From an uncultured Clostridia bacterium (lineage in GTDB: Bacteria; Bacillota; Clostridia; Christensenellales; QALW01), in NCBI GenBank assembly GCA_934434555.1, contig CAKRZX010000006.1:20983-84982 (forward strand): a stretch of 64,000 nt of DNA, read 5' to 3'. A model generated the notes under the pieces. The model was given only the letters and a program-made list of their open reading frames with translations, was not told where the DNA came from and did no database searches. Of this stretch, positions 43,488 to 52,450 are shown in pieces. How positions within the stretch are numbered: the stretch's first letter is position 1; each line of letters begins with the position of its first letter. Position numbers and translations under genes: made by a program.

Positions 43488-44054
43488 TCAGCAATGCTTT
43501 TCATATTTCTGTTTTAAGCCCGCATATGCGTCGGAAAGGGCACGGCTTACAAAATCATCGTCCCAGTCAAGATATCCGGTGGCAATCATTGTAGCCATTC
43601 CGTGTACGTAAACCCACATTTCGGTGTAAAATTCCGCCGCATCTCTTTTGCTTATGCCCACCTGTTTGGTGATTATATCCACAAATTCGTCGGAATCTGC
43701 TTGCAAAGGACCGGATTCATTTGTGCGGTCGCGCATAAAAAGCACTTTGAACAGTTCCTTTTCGTTGCGGGCAAAGCGCACATAAGCCATACCGCAGCAC
43801 TTGAACGGGGGATATTTACCCGCTTCGATTTCGGCGCGAATGTAATCACGGTGAATCTTGTCCGCCGCGGAAACAACTGCTGCCTGAACCTGCGCCATAG
43901 AATCAAAATAACTGAAAACGGGGCGCGAGGAAGAACCCAATTTATCGCCCAATGCACGCGCAGTAACCGCAGAAAATCCCTTTTCACGGGTAATTTCAAC
44001 AGCGGCATTTATTATTTCGTCCTTGGTAAACAGAAATTTGCGCGGCATAAACAT
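43488..44054 (-). CDS. TetR/AcrR family transcriptional regulator
   Basis: 188 aa. N-terminal HTH IINAAVEITREKGFSAVTARALGDKLGSSSRPVFSYF. Confidence 0.8.
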   Translation of the reverse strand: MFMPRKFLFTKDEIINAAVEITREKGFSAVTARALGDKLGSSSRPVFSYFDSMAQVQAAVVSAADKIHRDYIRAEIEAGKYPPFKCCGMAYVRFARNEKELFKVLFMRDRTNESGPLQADSDEFVDIITKQVGISKRDAAEFYTEMWVYVHGMATMIATGYLDWDDDFVSRALSDAYAGLKQKYEKHC

Positions 44055-44108
44055 ATCTCCCTTTTGTTCAGTGTGGATATTATAAATTCAACTTTTACTT
44101 TTGTCAAA

Positions 44109-44133
44109 TAAAAAAGGGCGTATCGCTACGCCC
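44109..44133 (-). terminator. rho-independent terminator of the hexuronate operon (minus strand)
   Basis: On the minus strand: GGGCGTA-GCGA-TACGCCC followed by TTTTTT. Confidence 0.7.
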
Positions 44134-44143
44134 GGAGGGTGTA

Positions 44144-44989
44144 TTAAACTCCGCTGTAAGCCGCAAAGCCGCCGTCAACGGGAACGACTACACCCGTAAC
44201 AAAGCCGGAAGCCCTTTCCGAGCAGAGCCACAGAAGCGTACCGGTAAGGTCGTCAGTTTCGCCGAAGCGGTTCATGGGGGTTCCGCGAAGAATCTTTTCG
44301 GTTCTTGCGGTGGGTTTGCCGTCCTTAAACAACAGGTCGCGGTTCTGATTCGTTACAAAGAAGCCGGGAGCAATGGCGTTTACCCTTATTCCGCAGGGTG
44401 CGAAATGAACAGCAAGCCACTGGGTCAGGTTTGAAACAGCCGCTTTTGCCGCAGAATATGCGGGAATTTTGGTAAGGGGACGGAAAGCGTTCATTGATGA
44501 AACATTAAGAATCGTTCCGCCTTTTTTTACCATATCCTTTGCAAAAGCCTGTGTGGTAAGCACTGCCGCAACAACGTTAAGGTCGAAAACAAAACGTATG
44601 CCGTCAGGGTCAAGTTCAAAGAATGTTTTAAGGTCCTTACTGTCAAGCATATCAGGCGTCATCGTTTCGTTATCGGTAGTACCGCGGGGATTGTTTCCGC
44701 CTGCGCCGTTGATAAGAATATCGCATTCACCGAAAGTTCTAACTACCGTTTCGTGTGCGGCGGCAAGGGAATCGGATTTAAGGCAGTTTGCCTCAACCGC
44801 AATGGCTTTTCCGCCGTCGGCGGTAATTTCGTCAACAACTTTCTGTGCTGCGGTTGTATTGATGTCCAAAAGCGCAACTTTTGCCTTGCACTCTGCAAGC
44901 GCCTTTGCAAAGCCCGAGCAAAGCACACCGCCTGCACCGGTTATAACCGCAACTTTATTTTCAAGGTCTATACTAAAAGGTAAGTTCAT
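44144..44989 (-). CDS. uxuB: SDR-family oxidoreductase, YjmF/UxuB-like (probable fructuronate/mannonate oxidoreductase)
   Basis: 281 aa from MNLPFSIDLENKVAVITGAGGVLC (TGxxGxxG). NAAG-type motif INGAGGN, catalytic YSAAK. ATGA-coupled to uxuA, as B. subtilis yjmE-yjmF. Confidence 0.65.
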   Translation of the reverse strand: MNLPFSIDLENKVAVITGAGGVLCSGFAKALAECKAKVALLDINTTAAQKVVDEITADGGKAIAVEANCLKSDSLAAAHETVVRTFGECDILINGAGGNNPRGTTDNETMTPDMLDSKDLKTFFELDPDGIRFVFDLNVVAAVLTTQAFAKDMVKKGGTILNVSSMNAFRPLTKIPAYSAAKAAVSNLTQWLAVHFAPCGIRVNAIAPGFFVTNQNRDLLFKDGKPTARTEKILRGTPMNRFGETDDLTGTLLWLCSERASGFVTGVVVPVDGGFAAYSGV

Positions 44990-46035
44990 TTTTTGTCTCC
45001 TTTCACAATGGCTTCCCAAAGTCCGTTAAGGTAGGAAGCGCCTAACGCCCTGTCAAACAGACCGTAGCCGGGTCTGCCGTCCTCACCCCAGATGTTTCTG
45101 CCGTGGTCGGGGCGGGTGTAGCCGTCGAAGCCGTTATCGTAGAGGGCTTTCATAATGCCGTACATATCAAGCGAGCCGCAGGCAGTGGGGTGGGGACTTT
45201 CGTTAAATTTGCCCTCTCCCGTAAACCTGATGTTGCGGGCGTGCAGAAAATGCACTCTGCCCATTTTTGCGTATTTTGCGGCAAGATGAACCATATCGTT
45301 TTTGGGGTCGCAGCCAAGGGAACCGGTGCAAAGCGTTATGCCGTTGTATTTTGAATCAACAGCCGCAAACATTCTGTCGATGTTTTTCTCGCACGTGATA
45401 ATGCGGGGCAGACCGAACATACTCCACGGCGGGTCGTCCGGGTGAATAGCCATTTTAACGTCGCACTCCCCGCAAACGGGAATAATCTTCTTTAAGAAGT
45501 AGATTAAGTTTTGCATTAACTGCTCTTCGTCTATGTTCTTATAGGCGTCAAGTAAGCCATTAAGCTGCTCTTTTGTGTAACTTTCGTCCCAGCCGGGCAA
45601 TGAAAGTTCGCCTTTTGCCGGGTCCATTGCGTTTACCGTCTTTTGGTCGTAAGCAAGACAGGTTGAACCGTCGGGATTCTTCATTTTAAGGTCGGAACGG
45701 AGCCAGTCGAACACGGGCATAAAGTTGTAGCAGATAACCTTAACGCCCGCCGCACCTAAATTGCGAATGTTTTGGCAGTAGTTTTCGATAAGTTTGTCAC
45801 GGCTCGGCGCGCCCATTTTGATGTCCTCGTGAACGGGAACGCTTTCGATAACCTCCATTTTAAGGCTGTGGGCGTTCACTTTTTCTTTAAGGGCAAGAAT
45901 GCGCTCCAAGGGCCAGACCTCGCCGACGGGAACATCGTAAATTGCGGTTACAACGCCGCTCATCTGCGGAATCTGACTGATGTATTCAAGCGTGACGGGG
46001 TCGTTTTCGCCGTACCAGCGGAAAGTCATATCCAT
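44986..46035 (-). CDS. uxuA: mannonate dehydratase
   Basis: 349 aa. MDMTFRWYGENDPVTLEYISQIP N-terminus typical of UxuA. Confidence 0.9.
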   Translation of the reverse strand: MDMTFRWYGENDPVTLEYISQIPQMSGVVTAIYDVPVGEVWPLERILALKEKVNAHSLKMEVIESVPVHEDIKMGAPSRDKLIENYCQNIRNLGAAGVKVICYNFMPVFDWLRSDLKMKNPDGSTCLAYDQKTVNAMDPAKGELSLPGWDESYTKEQLNGLLDAYKNIDEEQLMQNLIYFLKKIIPVCGECDVKMAIHPDDPPWSMFGLPRIITCEKNIDRMFAAVDSKYNGITLCTGSLGCDPKNDMVHLAAKYAKMGRVHFLHARNIRFTGEGKFNESPHPTACGSLDMYGIMKALYDNGFDGYTRPDHGRNIWGEDGRPGYGLFDRALGASYLNGLWEAIVKGDKK

Positions 46036-46053
46036 AAATCAATTTCTCCTTTA

Positions 46054-47439
46054 TTAAAATCCGAAATAATCTTTTGCGTTTTTATAGGAAATACCCTCAA
46101 TGATTTTTCCGCAATCGGGGTCAAACTCCCCGTTTTCAACGTAAGAGCCTATCTCGGAGCAAAGTATGCGGCGGAAGAAGTCAAAACGCACGTACGACGT
46201 GAAACTGCGTGAGTCGGTAAGCATACCTATGAATCTGCCCAAAAGCCCCGCATTGGCAAGGGAATGCAACTGTGCGCGGATACCGTCAACGTGGTCGTTA
46301 AACCACCACGCCGAACCGAGTTGCATTTTGCCGGGAACGGCTTCTGAAAAAGCACCCGTCATAGCGGCAATCATATCGTTTACGGTGGCGTTAAGGCAGT
46401 AGAATACCATTTTGGGAAGCCCGGCTTCCTTATTGATTTCATCAAGCATTCTCGCAAAATCGACGGCTTTAATCGGGTCGCCTACAACGTCAATACCGCT
46501 GTCGGCACCCACAAGCGAAAACAGTTTGCTGTTTACGTTGCGCAGGGGCGCCATATGCATCTGCATAACCATATCGCGCTTGAAGTAACGCGTTGCAAAG
46601 AAGCGTGTCATAAAGTCGGTATACTTATCCAAATCCTTTTGCGGAATTTTGTTTCCGTCAAGCACGCGGGCAAATACTTCTTTTGCGTCCTCATATTCGC
46701 CTTTTTCGGGCGGAATATAACCTAATGCGTGGTCGGCAACCTTGCATCCGAGCGAGCAGAAGTAGTCAAGCCGCTTTTCAAGCACGGTAAGAAGCGCGGC
46801 AAAATCGTTGATTTCCGTATTCTCGCTTGCACCTAATTTTTTGATGTAGGGGAGAATATCGTCACGGTTCAGCCCGTAGCAGATAATGTCGGGACGGAAC
46901 GTGGGCAAAACCTTTGCGTATGTTTTACCAAGCATAAGTTTGTGGTATTCAAGGTCGTCGGCGGGGTCATCGGTGGTGCAGATAACGCGTACGTCACAGC
47001 GCTTAATCAGTTCCTGTGAGGAAAAACCGCCCTGCGCCATACGCTCGTTCGCTTCATTCCAGATTCTCTCCGCATTTTTTGCATTAAGCGGAATGTTTAT
47101 GCCGAACAACTGTTTTAATTCCATATGCGACCAGTAATAAAGCGGGTTGCCTGCGGCGTATTTCATAGTAGATGCAAAGGCAATGAATTTGTCCTTGTAG
47201 TCAGCGTCGCCCGTAATTAACTTTTCGTCTATTCCGTTCTGGCGCATTGCACGCCACTTATAATGGTCGCCTGCAAGCCAGAGTTCACCGATGTTGCCAA
47301 AGCACTTGTTTTCATAAATTTCTTTGGGAGAGAGGTGGCAGTGATAGTCGATAATCGGCTGATTTTTTGCGTAACTGTTATACAGATTTTCGGCTGTCTC
47401 GCTTTTGAGCAGCACCGAGTCGTCAAAAAAATCTTTCAT
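46054..47439 (-). CDS. uxaC: glucuronate isomerase
   Basis: 461 aa. PIIDYHCHLSPKEI motif and length typical of UxaC. Confidence 0.92.
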   Translation of the reverse strand: MKDFFDDSVLLKSETAENLYNSYAKNQPIIDYHCHLSPKEIYENKCFGNIGELWLAGDHYKWRAMRQNGIDEKLITGDADYKDKFIAFASTMKYAAGNPLYYWSHMELKQLFGINIPLNAKNAERIWNEANERMAQGGFSSQELIKRCDVRVICTTDDPADDLEYHKLMLGKTYAKVLPTFRPDIICYGLNRDDILPYIKKLGASENTEINDFAALLTVLEKRLDYFCSLGCKVADHALGYIPPEKGEYEDAKEVFARVLDGNKIPQKDLDKYTDFMTRFFATRYFKRDMVMQMHMAPLRNVNSKLFSLVGADSGIDVVGDPIKAVDFARMLDEINKEAGLPKMVFYCLNATVNDMIAAMTGAFSEAVPGKMQLGSAWWFNDHVDGIRAQLHSLANAGLLGRFIGMLTDSRSFTSYVRFDFFRRILCSEIGSYVENGEFDPDCGKIIEGISYKNAKDYFGF

Positions 47440-48434
47440 AATTCTATATCCTTTCCGTCGGAAGCGTACATTGCCAAAAGCAGTTTGACAGCGGGAATCG
47501 CGTCAGCAACGGTTACAGGCATAGGTTCGCCTGTTTCAAGGGCGGAATAAAAAGCGTTAAAAAGCATTTTATGCCCGGCGCCCCAGTAAGGCTTGCCGTC
47601 TATAATCTCAGCGCTGTCGTGAAGTTCCTGCTTTACGCCGTCAATGTACAAATCGTCGTTTTTAAGTTCAAGCAGCATATTTTCGCATTTAACCGTAAGG
47701 GAAACGGGAGCGTCTTCAAAGTTTGCGGTAGTTGCGTGGAACATTCCGTGTCCGCCGTCCTTAAAATAAAGATAAGCATCACAGGTATCCTCAACGTCAA
47801 TTACGCCCTGCAAGTGGAAATTTGCCGTTTTTGCGCAGAGTTTTTCCGGCTCGCCGCAAATCCACTGCAACAGGTCAAGGGTGTGAATTGCCTGATTTAT
47901 CATCACGCCGCCGCCCTCGGTAGCCTTGAATCCGCGCCAGTGCGAATCCCGGTAATAACTTTCGCCTCTGGACCACAAAACGGAGCCAGACGCAAAAATA
48001 ACTTTGCCCGCTTTGCCGCTTGAAACGAGTTCTTTTGCGGTTTTGTTGCGTTTAAGAAATCTGTTTTGAAAAGAAACGCACACTCTGCCGCTGCTTTCTT
48101 TTTCCGCATCGATTATTGCCTGAGCCTGTGCCAAAGATATTGACACAGGCTTTTCAAGCATTACATTTATGTTGCGTTTAAGCGCTTCGACAGCCATTTC
48201 ACTGTGGAGATAGTGGGGCGTGCAAACGTGAAGCACGTCCGGTTTAACCTCGTCAAGCATTTTTTTGTAATCATCGAAAACAAGCGCGTCGGGCGCATAA
48301 GTTTCTTTGATTTTGTTCGCTCTTTCGGGAAGAATATCGCACACGGCAACAGTATTTACGTTTTTCATTTTTGTAAGATTGCCCGCGTGGGTATTCGCTA
48401 TCGCTCCGCAGCCTACAATAGCAGATCTGAACAT
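47436..48434 (-). CDS. Gfo/Idh/MocA family NAD(P)-dependent oxidoreductase
   Basis: 332 aa. N-terminal Rossmann AIVGCGAIANTH, EKP motif (MLEKPVS), C-terminal alpha/beta domain. 4-nt overlap with uxaC. Confidence 0.8.
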   Translation of the reverse strand: MFRSAIVGCGAIANTHAGNLTKMKNVNTVAVCDILPERANKIKETYAPDALVFDDYKKMLDEVKPDVLHVCTPHYLHSEMAVEALKRNINVMLEKPVSISLAQAQAIIDAEKESSGRVCVSFQNRFLKRNKTAKELVSSGKAGKVIFASGSVLWSRGESYYRDSHWRGFKATEGGGVMINQAIHTLDLLQWICGEPEKLCAKTANFHLQGVIDVEDTCDAYLYFKDGGHGMFHATTANFEDAPVSLTVKCENMLLELKNDDLYIDGVKQELHDSAEIIDGKPYWGAGHKMLFNAFYSALETGEPMPVTVADAIPAVKLLLAMYASDGKDIEL

Positions 48435-48448
48435 AAAATCAACTCCGA

Positions 48449-49654
48449 TCAGTTATTGTATGTTGAAGAAAGGTCTGCGGCAGTGCCTGTTACGCTTTCA
48501 TCTTTGGTAACTTTTGAATCACGGATATGTTCCTGCAAAAGTTCGTAGAATTTCTTGCCGTCGATGGGAAGTTCAACGGTGGAGTTCGTCCATGCGGAAA
48601 GCAGCATTGCGTTTGCAAGCGTTACGCCTTTGATGCCGTCCGATGCGGGAGCATAGAGGGGCTCAAGCCCGAGAACGGCGTTTGCAAAGTTGTTGAGAAT
48701 ACCAACGTGCTGCGGATTGTCGCCGCCAAGTTTATATTCAATATAATCAACCTTGGGTGTGCCGAAGCCCTGTGAGCTTGTTTCAAGGAAGGTTTTGCAG
48801 GAAATTTCGTTCTTGTGGAATTTAAGCGTGCCGCCTGCGTCATAAATAAGCTTGCCCATTTCACCCGTGATTTCAAGACGGTTTGTGCCGGGAGCCTCAC
48901 CGGTTGAGGTGATAAATACGCCCGTTGCGCCGTTGGGATACTCAAAGAACGCGGTAACTTCATCTTCAACTTCAATATCGTGATATTTGCCGAAATATGC
49001 ATGGGCAGTAACTTTTGAGGGCATCATATCGGGAATCCACTGGAACAGGTCGATGTTATGGGGAGCCTGATTGTACAGAACGCCGCCGCCCTCGCCTTTC
49101 CATGTTGCACGCCATCCGCCGGAGTTATAGTAACTCTGCGTGCGGAACCAGTCGGTGATAATCCAGTTAAGACGGGTTATTTTGCCCAGTTCGCCGTCGG
49201 CAATCATCTTTTTCATCTGCTTAAAGTAGGGGTTGGTTCTTTGGTTGAACATTATGCCCAGTTTAAGGTCAGGGTGTTTCTTTGCTTCTTCAAGCATTTC
49301 CTCAACTTGAAGAGTGTAAACGCCGGCGGGCTTTTCAACTATAACGTTCATTCCCGCTTTCATTGCCTTAATGGCGTATTCGGGGTGGAAATAGTGGGGA
49401 ATTGCAACGATTACAACGTCGCAGGTTTTCGCGGCGATAAGCTCGTCGCCCGATGCATAATAATGCATTCCGTTTCGGTATTCTTCATTGGAGTTTTCCG
49501 AAACCATTTTCTTTATCTTTTCTACTTTCTCGGGAACAATATCGGCTACCGCGGTAAGAGTACCGTTTTTGATGCGGTCAAGTGTATTAAAATTGTAAAA
49601 ATGGCTTGTACCCATATTACCCAAACCGATAATACCGAATCTTACTTTCTCCAT
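48449..49654 (-). CDS. Gfo/Idh/MocA family NAD(P)-dependent oxidoreductase (long form)
   Basis: 401 aa. FGIIGLGNMGTSH, VEKPAG, GGWRATWKGEGGGVLYNQAPHNIDLFQW. Confidence 0.8.
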   Translation of the reverse strand: MEKVRFGIIGLGNMGTSHFYNFNTLDRIKNGTLTAVADIVPEKVEKIKKMVSENSNEEYRNGMHYYASGDELIAAKTCDVVIVAIPHYFHPEYAIKAMKAGMNVIVEKPAGVYTLQVEEMLEEAKKHPDLKLGIMFNQRTNPYFKQMKKMIADGELGKITRLNWIITDWFRTQSYYNSGGWRATWKGEGGGVLYNQAPHNIDLFQWIPDMMPSKVTAHAYFGKYHDIEVEDEVTAFFEYPNGATGVFITSTGEAPGTNRLEITGEMGKLIYDAGGTLKFHKNEISCKTFLETSSQGFGTPKVDYIEYKLGGDNPQHVGILNNFANAVLGLEPLYAPASDGIKGVTLANAMLLSAWTNSTVELPIDGKKFYELLQEHIRDSKVTKDESVTGTAADLSSTYNN

Positions 49655-50529
49655 TTTCTGTCGTCTCCTTCAATAAAACCTAAATTTTTTAATATATCTT
49701 TAAGCGCGGAAACTGCCGCGTCAAAAGATTCGTTTGAGTTTGCATAACTGAACTTATGCTTTAAGGTACGGTTGTCCAGATTTGAATAACCGATAAACTT
49801 GAACAGGTGGGGTTCAACCGTAAGGAACGTATCCTTGTCGCCGCGGGCTGAATCTACAATTTCAAGTACTTCCTTAATTTTGCCGTCGCCGTAGCCTGCG
49901 GGAACGATTGAATGCTCGTGCAGAGTGCCGTCCTTTATATGGCAGTATTCAACGTGTTTTGCCATATGCTCAATTGCCCAAAGAATATCTTCGTCTTCCA
50001 TTATATAGTTGCAGGGGTCAAAGATATTTTTAAGGCGGGGAAGTTGCTCGGCAAGATAAACACACTCTTTTGCCAGTCTGCCGAAAATGCGCGCTTCGTT
50101 CTCGTGGCAGAGAGAAATATTTTCTTTTTCTGCATAGTCAAGCATAGCGTTAAGGCGGGAAAGAACCTCGTCCTTGTAATCCATAGCGTCCCTGCCGTCG
50201 GGAATGAAGAAACTGAACATTCTCATTTTATCCGCGCCAAGAATCTTGCAGGTCTTGCACGCTTTTTTGAACTTTTCAAAGTGGGGAGCAAAATCATCGG
50301 TGATATTGTATTTTCCGATAGGCGAACCGAGTGACGAAACATTTATTCCGTTTTCGTGCAGTTCTTCTGCGAAACCCTCGATTTCCTCATCGGTATAATC
50401 GATTACGCATTTACCGTCGATATTGCGAAGTTCGATAAAGCCGATATTGTTTCTCTTCAAGGCCGCAATCTGACCTTTAAGGTCTGCCTGTGCTTCGTCG
50501 GCAAATGCCGAAAGAATAAACCGTGCCAT
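49642..50529 (-). CDS. xylose-isomerase-like TIM-barrel protein (sugar phosphate isomerase/epimerase family)
   Basis: 295 aa. SAFADE N-terminus, CHENE, DPCN, HIKDG, TVEPH metal-ligand pattern of the AP-endonuclease-2/xylose-isomerase-like fold. Confidence 0.75.
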   Translation of the reverse strand: MARFILSAFADEAQADLKGQIAALKRNNIGFIELRNIDGKCVIDYTDEEIEGFAEELHENGINVSSLGSPIGKYNITDDFAPHFEKFKKACKTCKILGADKMRMFSFFIPDGRDAMDYKDEVLSRLNAMLDYAEKENISLCHENEARIFGRLAKECVYLAEQLPRLKNIFDPCNYIMEDEDILWAIEHMAKHVEYCHIKDGTLHEHSIVPAGYGDGKIKEVLEIVDSARGDKDTFLTVEPHLFKFIGYSNLDNRTLKHKFSYANSNESFDAAVSALKDILKNLGFIEGDDRKWRK

Positions 50530-51302
50530 TATTTAACCAATCCTTTCGATTTAAGATAATCTATGCTCTTTTTCATTTCAAGGTACGAATCGGGTGTATC
50601 AACCGCATTGTCCTGTTCAACGTAAGCAATGTCCGTACCCGCTTTTTCAAGACTGTGCAATATTTCTTCAATTGGAAGAGCGCCTGAACCGATTGGGGTT
50701 ATGCAGTTTCCGTAAGAAGCATCCGCATCTGTTTTCTTTCTGAAATCTTTAAGATGGACATAGTGAAGCCTGTCGGCAAATTTTGCAATGACTGCATCAA
50801 TATCCGCGCCTGCTACGCACGCCCATCCTGTATCAAGAATGAAGTTCCAGTCGGTATTATCATAAAGCCATTCCATAGGGATAATTCCCTCGGCGTTAGG
50901 CAAAAATTCCAAATCGTGATTATGATATGCAAAGTGAAGTCCTGCGTCTTTTATTCTTTTTGCCGGTTCGGCAAAGTCGCCGTAGAGGCGCTTGATATTG
51001 ACTTTTGCCCCATCCGTATATCCGCCGGGATAGCCAAGACCGATTGTATCGGCACCGAGAATCCTGTGGATTTCAATGAGTTCGTCGGTGTGATTTATTA
51101 TCATATCGGCGCTTGAATGTGTAAGACCGATGTGAATACCCACCTCGTCGGCAGCGTCTTTTGTCGCCCGGGCGTCAAAACCAAAGCCGCTTAACTGTAC
51201 CGACTGATACCCGAATTCTTTCATTTTCTTAAAAGTTTCTTTGATTTCCCCGGCGGAAGAACATTTATTCCTTACCGAGTAAAGTTGTGCACCTACACGC
51301 AT
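50529..51302 (-). CDS. xylose-isomerase-like TIM-barrel protein (sugar phosphate isomerase/epimerase family)
   Basis: 257 aa. YHNHDLEF, LDTGW, HLKDF, VEQD ligand pattern. First gene of the operon. Confidence 0.75.
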   Translation of the reverse strand: MRVGAQLYSVRNKCSSAGEIKETFKKMKEFGYQSVQLSGFGFDARATKDAADEVGIHIGLTHSSADMIINHTDELIEIHRILGADTIGLGYPGGYTDGAKVNIKRLYGDFAEPAKRIKDAGLHFAYHNHDLEFLPNAEGIIPMEWLYDNTDWNFILDTGWACVAGADIDAVIAKFADRLHYVHLKDFRKKTDADASYGNCITPIGSGALPIEEILHSLEKAGTDIAYVEQDNAVDTPDSYLEMKKSIDYLKSKGLVK

Positions 51303-51437
51303 TGATTTTTACCTCCGAAAAAACATATTGATATTTTTTTCAAATGGTATTATACTATATTTGAAAGAAAATTAACATTGCAAATGTTGCTGTTTTTTCG
51401 GCAACAAAATAAAAATAAACAATATGGGGGAGATTAT

Positions 51438-52250
51438 ATGGCGGATTGGTGTGAAAAAATCAGGTTTAAGGGCTTTTATTATCACCATACTTACAACGAA
51501 AGACCCTCACAGGCAGAGTTCCAGCGCCACTGCCACAATATGTATGAAATTATCTATATAAAAAAGGGGACAGGCACATTCAATGTTGAGGGCTCCAAAT
51601 ACGATATATATCCGGGCTGCCTGCTTGTTTTCAGACCGAGGGAATTCCACTGCATAAATATTTCGGAAAAGACGGGCTATGAACGTATTGTTGCGCATTT
51701 TGATGAAAGCATTGTGTTTGAAGCACCGGATCTTCTTCTTGATATTTTTAACAACAGAGAATTGGGCATCAAAAATATTTATCCCGACATAAGGCAGAAT
51801 ATTTCGGCGCATTTTGAGAAAATTTCGCAGTACGCAAAAATGAATGAACCGGAACGCTCCATAATGGCCAAACTGATTTTGAACGAATTGCTTGTTGTTT
51901 TGCATAATGAGTTTTCTTCAAATATAAATTCCGATTCGGGCGAAAAACTTATTAACCGGATTGTAAACTACATAAATACAAACATATCTTCGCCCCTGCG
52001 CCTGGAAGAGCTTGCCGTACAGTTTTTTATAAGTAAATATCATTTGGGGCATATGTTTAAGCAGTATACGGGAATGTCGGTTATGGAATATATTATCCGC
52101 AAGCGGGTTGTAATGGCACAGCAGATGATTGCCGACGGTTCACAGGCGTCCGCCGCCGCGCAGATGAGCGGATTTAACGACTATTCGGCTTTTTACCGCG
52201 CTTATGTAAAATACATAGGCACAAGCCCCTCAAAAGAAATTCAGCATTAA
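51438..52250 (+). CDS. AraC family transcriptional regulator (cupin sensor plus HTH)
   Basis: 270 aa from MADWCEKIRF with GGGGGAG Shine-Dalgarno. HCHNMYEIIYI cupin, C-terminal HTH. Divergent from the oxidoreductase/uxa operon. Confidence 0.8.
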   Translation: MADWCEKIRFKGFYYHHTYNERPSQAEFQRHCHNMYEIIYIKKGTGTFNVEGSKYDIYPGCLLVFRPREFHCINISEKTGYERIVAHFDESIVFEAPDLLLDIFNNRELGIKNIYPDIRQNISAHFEKISQYAKMNEPERSIMAKLILNELLVVLHNEFSSNINSDSGEKLINRIVNYINTNISSPLRLEELAVQFFISKYHLGHMFKQYTGMSVMEYIIRKRVVMAQQMIADGSQASAAAQMSGFNDYSAFYRAYVKYIGTSPSKEIQH

Positions 52251-52450
52251 TTTTAAGGCGAAAATACGGTGAAAATAAAAAAGCCGTTTTTTGCCTTTTT
52301 TGCTGTGAGAACGGTTAAAAAGGACCGTTGATATCAGCAAAATACGCGTTTACACAAAAATTTAACACCGGCAAAAAGCAGAATATTTTAATCGTTCGTA
52401 CATTTATTTTTCCTTGACAAGGAAAATGATTTAATATAATATGGTGTCAA

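Noticed and set aside
43322-43504. 60-aa minus-strand ORF overlapping the TetR gene's 3' end by 17 nt, a possible small gene regulated by TetR.
   Set aside because: There is no Shine-Dalgarno upstream of its ATG. The frame runs straight through the strong terminator hairpin (43333-43359), and the sequence has no recognisable features. It is most likely intergenic.
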